Position numbers and translations under genes: made by a program. Below, in pieces: positions 15,320 to 27,088 of a stretch of DNA of 64,000 nucleotides. Below the pieces are notes generated by a model. That model saw only the letters and a program-made list of their open reading frames with translations, searched no databases and had not been told where the DNA came from. The DNA lies in the NCBI RefSeq assembly GCF_036321535.1, contig NC_087436.1:81470001-81534000 (forward strand), written 5' to 3'. Position 1 is the stretch's first letter. The number at the start of each line of letters is the position of its first letter. The stretch comes from Camelus dromedarius (Eukaryota).

Positions 15320-15872
15320 ATTTGTTTTCAACTTTTTATTGATTTATAATCATTTTACAATGTTGTGTCAAATTCCAGTGTAGAGCACAATTTTTCAGTT
15401 ATACACGAACATGTATATATTCTTCGTCACATTTTTTTCTCTGTGAGATACCATAAGATCTTGTATATATTTCCCTGTGCTATACAGTATAATCTTGTTT
15501 ATCTATTCTACAATTTTGAAATCCCAGTCTATCTCTTTCCACCCCCCCCCTTGGCAACCACAAGTTTATATTTTATGTCTGTGAGTCTATTTCTGTTTTG
15601 TATTTATGCTTTGTTTGTTTGTGTTTTTTTAGATTCCACATATGAGCGATCTCATATGGTATTTTTCTTTCTCTTTCTGGCTTACTTCACTTAGAATGAC
15701 ATTCTCCAGGAGCATCCATGTTGCTGCAAATGGCGTTATGTTGTCGGTTTTTATGGCTGAGTAGTATTCCATTGTATAAATATACCACATCTTCTTTATC
15801 CAGTCATCTGTTGATGGACATTTAGGCTGTTTCCATGTCTTGGCTATTGTAAATAATGTTGCTATGAACATT
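15320..15872 (-). mobile_element. Young 5'-truncated LINE-1 (ORF2 C-terminus plus 3' UTR)
   Basis: Uninterrupted MFIATLFTIAKTWKQPKCPSTDDWIKKMWYIYTMEYYSAIK...SLICGI* (15871-15629), followed by 3' UTR and AATAAA. Confidence 0.95.
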
Positions 15873-16498
15873 GTCTTTATTAAAACAGCAGTTATCTTCC
15901 ATTTCTCCTTACTAAGAAGAATGAAAGCATAGAAAGAGTTCTCGACACCTTTGACAGTGGTTGAAGAAGATTATACTCTGAAGTGAAGAAAGCCCTGTAA
16001 TAGTGTTCCCTACTGAGTTCCAATGAGAAATGTTCTTGACAATCCTGTTCTGAAGCGCTTTGCAGATATGTCCCTGCACATTTGCCCAGCCCTACAAAAA
16101 GCAAGATGCCAAAGCACAGTGTGCACACTGAACAGTTGGAGGCCACCTATAGCTAAAACAAAAAGGAGATACAAATCTTCACCTGTTAATAATTAAATTT
16201 AAATTATAAAGAAATACAGTATATTGTTCTATAAGATATTTTTGGTTTTGGTTTGTTTGTCTCTTTGTTTGTTTTGGAAAAGCATGAAGCTCTCTGGTTA
16301 ATTTTGATCAAGATAACCAAATACAGTTTATTTCTTAACAGGGAAATATCTATCAGATTCATCCCCTACACACCATATGGTTTTCAGATGATTTTTAAGC
16401 AGAAAGCTACTATGAGGACAATGAAATCAAATGTAGCATATGGGCAGGATAAACAATCTTAAGAGACAGAAATTGCAAAGTAAAGAAAGTCTTTCCTA

Positions 16499-16762
<264 letters not shown>

Positions 16763-18611
16763 TCAACTAAAGATAGGGATAGGGAAAATATGAGTCAGGA
16801 ATGTACTCAAATACCTGCTCCTCAAGTCCAGTGTCAATCAGACTGTAAATAAAGACATAAGAGTGACTAGTATGGAAACATTCTATTTGCTAGGAAAAGA
16901 AAACAGCATATAATTGCATCAGTGAGTGGGGAACGAAAGAAGAAAGAAAAGTGTTCAACTTTCCCACTAGCTGTGTGACTGTGGCAAGTCATTTAATCTC
17001 TCTGGGCTTGAATTTCTCATCTACTGATAAGATAATATCGATTATTATCAATATCTAATAATATCTATTATAATGTGATATTAATATGTGATATTTAGCT
17101 ATAAAACTTTAACATTCTCTGGTTATTTTGAGTGGACATTCATTCTTTACTCATTCGCAGGAACCAGTTTTTAAGGTGTGAGATTAACTGACGTGAATAC
17201 ATAAGTGAGCTGATGCTCAAAGTGTATTAACAATAACAAAGCTTGAAATAAGGAACACAACCAGAGGGGATTTCAGAAGCATAAATAACTACATTTAAAT
17301 ACAAAGACAGAAATGAATGCTACTAACATTTGAAGTTTTCAAACTATTTGAGAATGATCATTTACCATGCTTTGAAAAGGCAATCAATACAGAGTATTGT
17401 TTGTTTCTCCCATGCTCAGAATACATGGCGATCAAAAAAGGAAATGAGTTTCTTCTTGCTATTATACCTAATAAACCCACTCACAAAATGTTTCCCATCC
17501 CTGCAAATTTGGGTTATGCTGGATTTTGTCTTAGTTGCCAGGATGGAAGGCAGCAACCAGTATCCTACAGATCTATTGAACTGAAAGTGACATTGACCAG
17601 TTAGGGCTCATGCCACTAAATTGAAAGATAAAGAAAGGAATAACTGTATTGTAAGAGAATGAAAGACTCACAGAGTAAGGTTGTACAGTCAGAGTTTATC
17701 TGGTCTATGCCTCCATTTAGTATTTACTCCTCTCCAAAATATATCCATCAAAAGTTTGACCAGTCTGCTTGAGCATCCTCAAAAATACAGACCCCTTTGT
17801 ATCAAGGCAGCTCATTCTATTGTTGGACAGCTTTGAGAGTCAGAAATGTCATCATTCTTATGAGCAGAGTTATTTCTCTGTGATTTCTATTGATTACTGT
17901 CAGCCCTGCCTTCCAGAGCAACTCAAAATAAAGTATTCCCTTTTTATTATGATAGACCCATAATGTTTGAAATCCTTTAAAGGACTGAGCACAATGCTCA
18001 GTCTACTCTATACGCATTCAGTAAACACTCAATAACTCTTAGCTTTTCTTATTTTTCCCAGTCTTTTCTTTGTTAAGCTAAATATCACCAGTGTCCTACC
18101 ACCATTTGTCAGAGTGTGATTTCAAGTCCTATTACCATCTGGTCAGTTTCCTCTGAATATATTCCTGTCTGTTGATACCCTCTGAAAATGTGAACCCTTG
18201 ACTAAATAAACATTGTTACTCTAAGCATGGAGTGTCAGTAAAGACTAGAGAAAGGCTATTAACTCCTTCATTCACTTGCTTGCTCATTCAATCTGTTGAC
18301 ACAGTTAATACAGCTAAGTCTGTCCTGGCTTCTTGGGTAAATACATCACACACTATTGACACACAGTGAGCCTATGCTAATTAAAAATTCTGCCTTTTTC
18401 AAAATTTCTGCTGTTATTCAACTCTGTATGTCAGCACTGGGACTTCTGTTCTTGCGTTTGTTCTCGCTAACCTATCAATGGCAGCATGAGTAAAGGAAAG
18501 AGTCAAAGGAGCCTTACAGGTAATGCACAAGGACAACAGTGAATTTGGAAATATAGGAACTGAACTTGCTTTCTGAAGTTAAGAAATTGTATCAGCAGGA
18601 AACTGATCAGA

Positions 18612-18792
18612 TGAAGTAGGAGGGTATAGCTGAGTTGTAGAGTGTGTGCTTAGCATGCATGAGGTCCTGGGTTCAATCCCCAGTACCTCCATTGAAATGA
18701 ATATATAAACCCAATTATCTCATCCCCCAAATGAAAATAAATTTTTTTAAATATTAAAAAACAAGCCAAAAAAACCAAACCAAACAAAAAAA
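18612..18792 (+). mobile_element. tRNA-derived SINE (Vic-1-like)
   Basis: GGAGGGTATAGCTGAG...GGTCCTGGGTTCAATCCCCAGTACCTCC, A-rich tail, 15-bp TSD AGGAAA(C/T)TGATCAGA (18597-18611 and 18793-18807). Confidence 0.88.
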
Positions 18793-20779
18793 AGGAAATT
18801 GATCAGAACAATCACCTTAAAGAGAAAGACTAAATTTTAAGCACAAACAATTTAAATCATTAAAATATCTAGCAAAAAAATAGTAGTCAGTCCTGTGGAC
18901 CTAGGAAAGAGTCAGAGAGGCAAATTCTGGTTCGCCTGGCCAAATAAGAAAGTGCTCTCCCAGATAGGTCCAGGGATCCAGTCAGCCAGGCAGACATCCC
19001 TATTGTGATTGTTGGAGACTGCAGCCAGTTAGCAATCTGATCTGTGTCTCCTTGGGCTGACTCTATCCTCTGCAGTCAAAATTCTGCTTATCGGGCTCTC
19101 CTTCAGAATTTTGCATGCAAGAATTCTGCCCATGTTTGGTTAGCTTGGCTATTACATATCTCATAATTTAATAAATTGGCATCTGGTTTCATGTGTGAGC
19201 CTTTAGTGAGGCTTGTCAATGTGAGTATGAGTCCCTGAGATACTGAACAGATCCTGCAAGACAGTGAGCCCAAGTGGGACAACTGAGAAAATGCCGCCCC
19301 GTGGGGATCCTGGCAGGTTCTTGCCAGTTTCTCCTAGAAACATGGTGACGCTCTCTCTCCCTCTGGTACCTCTTTCTTGAAGCAGTTCCAGGTCTGAATC
19401 TCAGCACTGCCCCTTACTAGATGGGGAGCTATGACCAATTCATTTACACTTTCTGGCATCAACTTCCACATACTTAAAAACAGAGATGATAATAACCTGA
19501 CAAGATTGTTGTCAGTCATAAATGATGTAGTAATATATCTACAGTGCCTCACCCAGAGCGAGCACTCAATAAATAATGACGATCAGTATTTTCAAAGTCA
19601 GTGTCCTTGGTGGAGCCACTGTGTAATGCAGGCTAGGATAAAAAATAACTTTTTATATTTATGTGCTATAATTGGACATCTACCTACTAATCAGCAGTTT
19701 TTAATCTTTCTACTAATCACAAATCCATTCAACTATACCACTATCTTGACCACATTTCACAAGTTTGTCCCAGGATATAAAAGTTTGAGGCAAGAGCTTT
19801 GTTAAAATCCAGATACATTATAGGTCTGTAGTTCTATTACTTACCACTCCAATAAGCTATCTTGTATGATTTGTTTTTAATGAAACCTGTACTCCCAGTG
19901 ATCACTACATCCTTTCCTAATGACTTACAGAGTATATTTTCTAACTAATACTAGGACCAATGTCAAGTTCATCAGGTGTCTCTCATAACCTCTTTCTTCC
20001 CTCTAAAGAAATAAGAATATTTGCCTGTCTACAGTTGTATGGAATACTGTGCTTTGGCTCACCGAAATTCCATTTATGTCCTGCATCATGCCTTCCTGTT
20101 CTGAAGAGACTTGAGAGCTACACATACAATTCCTGGTTGCTTTTGCAGCTAGTACTCTGGATTCCAGTATGGCCCTGCCATGCAGATGCAACCATGAGAG
20201 ATTCATAAGGCAAAAGTGAGGGTGGTCATCTCCTAACATTTCTCGGTTGGCAACAAGGTCTCATGAAGACGTGAGATTTTCTTCTGAAGCAGCGATTCAT
20301 GTCACTGTCCAGATGCCTAGGTGAGAAGAGAGGTTGAAGCAGAGGCAGCAGTGGTCTCCAGATTCCGGGGCCCCGTAACCAGCATGATGGAGTGGCGATG
20401 ACGGCAGTAACGAGTGCACAGTTCCAGCTCTGCGCTTCCCAAATCTCGGTTACAATCATGTATTCTGGAAGTTCAGTTTTTCAGAGGTGGCAGCTCCCCT
20501 GGCAATTCAGCCCTCTGGTGTCTGGGAGTCATTCCAGGAAGCCCAGACTAGAGACCACTTCTCCAGGCTTTCCAATGATTTTGCAATCACCCAATTTACC
20601 ATATTAAGTCTTTACCTACTTATAATGTTTCTGTCTCCTGCCATGAACCCTGGCTGACACTACAATCTTTCCCATTTTCTGTAATTCCTCAGTGATTACT
20701 GGCAGCAGTTTAGCAAACACATCTGCAAATTGGCATCCCTGCTGCATAGTCACAAATTAATCTCTGAGAGTTTTCCATC

Positions 20780-21090
20780 ACTCTTGTCATTCTTTTTTTG
20801 TGTCTTGGTTTATAGAATTCTACTTTTTTTTCTTTCAGTAGTTTTTCTTTTGTCATCTTGCAGGTAAAAAAAGTTAAAAATCTTTATGAAGATTTTCCAG
20901 CAACTTCTAGCAACTTTCCAGCAATTTTGCTAAACATATTCTAGCAATTTCTTGACATACAGTACTAACTCCACTTCTACCAGATTCATCCATAAAAGAA
21001 AGATATAGCCTTCTGTTGTTTTACTCCTGTCATTTAATCCAGTTTTATAATGCAATAAAACCATGTCTACTTCCTTGAATGTATTTATAT

Positions 21091-21132
<42 letters not shown>

Positions 21133-21330
21133 CACATCCCTGTAGGCAAGTCTTGTTCTCAACATAAAATCCATTGTTTTGCTTTTTTCCCTTCTGGTAA
21201 TTGCAGATAACCTCTTGCTAAATGTTCTTCCTAAGTCATAATTATTTATTTGATAGTTTCTCTTGTTCCCCTTCCCTATTACATTTAAAATCAAATGACA
21301 TATAAAATGTGCTTGATCACATTACTATGT
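20780..21330 (-). mobile_element. Highly degraded LINE-1 fragment interrupted by (CA)n
   Basis: Weak ORF2-like peptide YDLGRTF...REKSKTMDF; (CA)n at ~21093-21129. Confidence 0.45.
21093..21129. repeat. (CA)n microsatellite
   Basis: Direct reading. Others at ~5985-6010, 13517-13540, 28406-28435 (TG), 32082-32114 and (AAAAC)n at ~57091-57125. Confidence 0.95.
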
Positions 21331-21807
21331 TTGTGGCCAAAAAATAAAAAATAAACAAAAAATCTCTAGGCATTATGAGAAAAACTTTATGTGTTAGAAA
21401 ATAAATTTTTTTAAAAACTTTACTGAACACCTCAGGCATCTTGAGCCATAGCTGGGTAGGGCAAATTCTGTCCTGGAATATATACTGCACCCTTCACTGC
21501 TCTTTTCCCATGTTCCCATGTTCTCACTTTGACCTTTTCCCAAAGCCAAGACTTTAATTGAAAACTATCAAAAAAATCTCTACCCAGTGCCCTCAAATAT
21601 CTCACTTTTATGCCCAAACATTACAGTCTCTAGTCATGGCCAACCTGCAAAATCACCTCTACCTCAGGGTTTTGTAACTGTTTCTTCTGCCAGGAATGCT
21701 CCTCCCACATCCTCACTTGCCTGACTCAATCCCGTAATTCAAGTTTCAGTCTAAATATCGTCTCCTCAGTAGAGGCCTTCCCTAATCCCCCCATCAAAAG
21801 TCAACAG

Positions 21808-22040
21808 ATGGAAAGGGGGAGGGATAAATTAGGAGTTTAGGATTAACAGATATACACTATTCTATATAAAATAGATAAACAACAAGGACCTCCTGTATAG
21901 CACAGTGAACTATATTCAATTTCTTGTCATAAACTATAATGGAAAAGAATCTGAAAGTATATACACACATATATATGTATAACTGAGCCACTTTGCTGTA
22001 CACCTAAAACTAACATTGTAAATCAACTATACTTCAATAC
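21808..22040 (+). mobile_element. LINE-1 3' UTR fragment inserted in an L2 relic
   Basis: Similar to the L1 3' UTRs at 32330-32570 and 45520-45770; degenerate TSD AAAAG(T/C)CA(A/T)CAG. Confidence 0.85.
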
Positions 22041-22369
22041 AAAATAAATTTTTTTAAAAAGCCATCAGTTTATTTTTGGATTAATTTGTCATTGAATTGC
22101 TTGGCTAGATCAATTTGCTTATACTTTGTTAGGGGTGCTTTTGATTACAAGTAATAGAATTATGACTAATAGGGGCTTAACTATTAAAGATATTTGTTAT
22201 ATTATATAACAGGAAGTTTAGAAGCAGGCATATCTAAGTTTCATTATACATTATAACTCTCATGGGCTCTAGACATTTTTGGTTTCTGATTTTCTGAAAA
22301 TTGTTTCTCAGCATGTTGGGGGGAAAACCCAGGAACAGGAGTCCATTAGTGCATCAAAGAGCAGTGCGG

Positions 22370-22780
22370 GTGCTGTGACGCACTGCTAAGATTCCCCTTA
22401 AGGAATAAAGGACTTTATCCCAGCCGGTGGGAATGCTGCTAGCAGCCCCTCAGCTCTGAGCCCCCTGTGGTTATAACCTCAGCTGAAAAGAGCTGCCCAA
22501 CCAAAGTTACACTCTCTTCATGAGCAGCCTTCAATCAGTGACTGATAAACCTGGGATTATAAAAGCCTGGCCACCTCGCCCCAGTTTAGGACAGCTGGGA
22601 AGGCTGATTCCCTCTTCAGAATTCCCAACAGGGTCACCTGAGGCTTCCACTGAGATTTCACTGCAGCCAAACTTCATTCTCTGCTTCCGTCCTTTCCTTT
22701 TAAACCCCCAAAACACTCCCTAATAAATTTTCTGCATCTGATCATCATCTCAAAGTGTATTTTCTGAGGAACACAACGAT
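22370..22780 (+). mobile_element. ERVL-type solo LTR (LTR16-like)
   Basis: TATAAAAG at ~22558 and an end TAATAAATTTTCTGCA...ATCTCAAAGTGTATTTTCTGAGGAAC typical of LTR16. Confidence 0.6.
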
Positions 22781-25284
22781 TGACAAGCAGTAACTCACAG
22801 TCAAATAGAGCAATCAGCTGTGGAGTTTGCCTGGATCTTTTTCTATGCAAAAGGCAGGATCCCCTTGTGGATAAAGGTGGCCAAGATTTGTAAATATTTT
22901 TACACATACACGTACATAACTTTATGCAAAATTTATTACAAAATTTTGGAGACAAAGCAGATGTTGAAACAAAGAGTAAAGATGCTTCAGCAAGGCAATC
23001 AGCATTTTCTTGGCACCCCTTATAATTCCAATTGAAGAACAACTTTTTGTAAGTAAGTCCTAAATTTCAGATGCATTTTTTCCAAAATCACTTAAAAACC
23101 TTTAATCATAGGATTTAGTGAATGGAGCATCTCAATACTTCAGCTCTTAAGAACTTTAGGGAATAGATATTATTATAAACGAATACTTGTCAATAAAAGC
23201 ACACTGAAATGTGGTGGAAGGAACTGAAGCAAGAAAGGCTGAACAAATCAAATAATAAAAATCACATTGAAAAAAGTCTTCTTCAGGAAAATACCAGTGA
23301 AACCAAATGACAGACAAGATAGGGCTAAAAAGTTTCAGTTGATTACAATACATGAGGATATATGAAGAATAATTATTTTTCTCATGTTATATTTTTAATA
23401 TTTAGGTAATCAAATGTGAACACATTTTAAAATTTTATTTGCATTAGTTTTTTATGTTTTACGTAATTTTTTTCAATTTCAATAGTACTATTTTGACACC
23501 CACCAATGTATTTTAGTGTGCCTTTCGCTGTCTAAGTTTTCCCAATTTAGAAATGATATGGTCTCCCGCTACTGATGGCCACTGTGCTTCTTGCTAAAGA
23601 GGATTTTGCACATTGTTTCCACAAGACGGAAGAGGCAGAAGTAGGTCACTGCTCTTCCAGGGTTATTCTTACTACATTCTTACCTTTGCCTATTTCCTGG
23701 CAATAAAATTCAAAGTCTGATTCATATTTAATAGTTTTATTTTAATAAGATTTTCCTTACAAATCTGCATGCAAGTTAGGTGAGTGTCAGAACCTGGATG
23801 ATGTCAGAGTCAGCTAAGGAGTGGAAGTATATTGAGCACATCATCTTTATTTGTGCAAGAAACTTTACTCTGAAACGGTGACTCTCTGATTGGCCTTGTA
23901 GTAAACATGCACTATGTCTAAAATTAACGGAACTAAAGACGGTAAGAGGTTCCTTTGGCTCAGAGGTCGGTACTATTTCTTGACACCTGCCAAATTAATG
24001 AGACCCATTAAGTGACCCACAGGAATTGCAAATGGTTCCTGCACACAGGACATACAATTACGACAGGAATAAACTGCACTGCCCAGCCCATGGGCCTAGC
24101 CTCTGTCCCCCAAGGCCTTCCCAGCACAGCGTTTCCTGCTCCATGCTTGCCCTCCATTAATCTGACAGCTGGTGCTCACTGCTAACTGCGAATGACCCCA
24201 ACACCTCTGGACTCTAAAAATGTGAATTAGCTATTCCTTCCAGCCCCTGAACCGCTTTCCTTTGTTACTGCTCCGTTCCTCTTTATCTACTGTTCATTTT
24301 TTCTTTATTCACCTCCCCTACTCTGACATTTGGGCTGATACTTATGAAACTGAATTCTACCCCTGCAGCAGTTGATCTGTGCAATCGCTGTGGTACACTT
24401 ACCATATGATGCCCTTCAGTACATTTTCTGCTGTCCTCAAAGTTGTTGTGCTCCTGGATGGCCTGAAGGATTTAGCGCCATATCCCCTACATGTTTACTG
24501 CATGGAGTTCTATTTGCTACTGCAAAATGTTTATTTCCAGAGCTTTAAATATGTTAGGAAAATGGCATTAAATAAGCTGAGGACAAAAGTTTAAATAAAC
24601 CAAGTAGCACATTTTAAATTAATGTTGTGTTACTCAAGATGCCAAGATACTATCTTCACTAAGATGTCTTCTAAAGCTCCTGATTCACACACACAACTAT
24701 CTACTGATCACCTTAATTGGATGTCTCAAAAATATCTGAAAATTAATATGTCCCAAACTGAAGAACCTCTGACCTCTCTCTTAACCTTAAATTTCCCTCC
24801 TCCAGTCATTCTCTTAAATACCCATCTGTTCAAGTGCAGAAGTCACCCTCACTTTTCCTTCTCATCTCCGCCCATATCCAATCCATGAAGGCCCGTATTT
24901 ACCTCCAATGTGTATTTTCAAATTAACCCACTTAACTCCATTTCCATTATCACGTCTTACAAGTACTGCAGAGACTGCCCTTAAATAGTCTCCTTACGGA
25001 AATTCTTGCTTCTCTCTAATCCGCACCTCACCATCCTCATCAAGTCTCATTACATCTAAATTGGGCTGGCCCTGCCACGTTATTTTGTGTCTGAGACTCC
25101 TGCTTATTTTTAGTGCTTATCAAGAAAATGCCTTAAAGTAACACAGCATTAATAAAATAACTAATAGAACTTCATAAATTGTTACGAAAATTAAGTTAGA
25201 TTAACTTAAAAAAAAAAACTGTCACACTGCTTGATTGTAAGTCCAGTGAGGGCAGGAGCCACCTGAGTTTTGATCACCTTTTCC

Positions 25285-25890
25285 CCACAGTTTTACTGAG
25301 ACATAACTGACATATAACATTGCATTAAAGTGTACAACAAAATTATTTGATATATGTATATATTGTAAAATCGTTATCACAATAATCCTAGCTAATGTTC
25401 ATTTCATCACCTCAGTTACAAAATTTTTTAATGAGCAGTTTTAAGATTTACTCTCTTCACAACTTTCAAATATACAGTACAGTATTGTTAACTGTAGTTA
25501 TCTGGCTGTGCATTGCACCTATCTTATAACTTATCTATTTTATAACTGGAAGTTTAGACCTTTAGAACACCTTCAACCATCCCTCCTCCCACTCCCAGCC
25601 CCGTCTCTGGCAACCACCAATCTGCTTCGTATCTATGAGTTCAGTTTTTTTCGATTCCACATAATGTGTGATCATACAGTATTTGCTTTTCTCTGACTTC
25701 CTTCATTTAGCATAATCCCCTCAAGGTCCATCCATGTTGACACAGATGGCAGGATTCCCTTCTTTTTTATGGTTGAATAATATTCCACTGTGTGTATGTA
25801 TATATATACTTTTTTTTTCTTTATCCATTCACCCATCAGTGGACTTAGGTTGTTTCCATGTCTTGGCTACTATAAATAATGCTGCAATGA
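25285..25890 (-). mobile_element. Older LINE-1 (L1MA-like) 3' end inserted in an L2 tail
   Basis: Antisense L1 motifs (TGTTTCCATGTCTTGGCTACTATAAATAATGCTGCAATGA); TCACCTTT repeated on both flanks. Confidence 0.85.
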
Positions 25891-26850
25891 GACTTACTCA
25901 CCTTTATTTGCACTGAGAGCACAGTACAGTGTCTGGCATATAGTTGGCCCTAAATAAGTATTTTCAAACAAGTAAGCTAATTAATGATTGAAATACTCCT
26001 AATTTTAGAGCAAAATGAATTAAAGGTCTCAGATTTCTACAAACATGAGTCAAATCACTTTTGAATATTTCTAAAGTCATATGCTTCACTTTTATAATTC
26101 ATGTAAAATTTGCATTTTGATCTCATATAGATCTGTATTTGTTTTAATATAAAATTTCATTTCCCCATCAATCTCGGTCTTCACATGAAATCTGAGTTCC
26201 AGGAAGACCTGCCGTATCCATCACGGGGCTGTGTGTGCTCTTGGTGTGCTGTACCAGCACCCTCCCCGGTCTAGGCCTTACCCTGAGGCACAGAATCCAG
26301 TTTGAAAAACGGAAGATTAACAAATAGGCTGTTTTCTTTTTACCCAAATTTTATTAGCATTTCTATGCAACAATTACGTGAATGTATTTTCTTCCAGCAG
26401 TAAATGTTTTCCTAATATCAAATAATTTACCAGATTTGGTTTAGGTAAGATCAGCTAGATTCGTCCTCACATTGATAGCTACCGGCGTGAAGCCTGGGTA
26501 AACCCAAAATGTGAAGACTTGATATAATTGTTAACACTAGGTCAAAAAAGTGTCTCCACATAGGCAATTTTGATTTTCTTTTGATGTTATTCAAGTATTC
26601 ATGGAAACTGGGATTGGGTTTCTTCCAGTAAGGAGTTTTATTATTTATATAGCACAGGCTGTTGTTAACTTAGACAGGAAATCCCCTGGGTTCCTAAGTT
26701 TTATGTATGCAATAACCATCTAAGATAGGCACTTGTAGTATCCCCATTGTTCAGATGACAAAACTGACGCTTAACAGTAACAACCAGTATTTATTGGTTC
26801 TAAGCAGTTCTTCTCCCAATTCATTGACTTCTAAAGTTCTTAATACTTTC

Positions 26851-27088
26851 GGATGTGAGAGCAATCTTTCACCCCATTGATCACCAGGGTTGATTTGGCT
26901 GATCCGGCTGGCTAGGCGAGTGTCTCCTTCCTCCCTCACAGCTCCATGTGCGTCCCTCCCGAAGCTGCGCGCTCGGTTGAAGAGGACGACCAACCCCGAT
27001 AGAGGAGGACCGTTCTTCTAGGTCAAGGTCAAGGGTGTACGAGTAACTGCGCTCCCCTGCTACAGCCTCCAAACAAGCTCTCTACAGG
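26851..27088 (+). pseudogene. RN7SK-like: 7SK snRNA retropseudogene, 5'-complete, 3'-truncated, no poly(A) tail
   Basis: Starts GGATGTGAG and continues CACCCCATTGATC.CCAGGGTTGATT.GGCTGATC, GTGCGTCCCTCCCGAAGCTGCGCGCTCGG and CCTCCAAACAAGCTCTC, matching 7SK as I recall it. Flanked by the 13-bp direct repeat TCTTAATACTTTC (26838-26850 and 27089-27101). Confidence 0.95.

Noticed and set aside
26751..27072. Two minus-strand ORFs (80 and 63 aa) and a CpG-island-like patch
   Set aside because: Explained by the GC-rich 7SK retrocopy.
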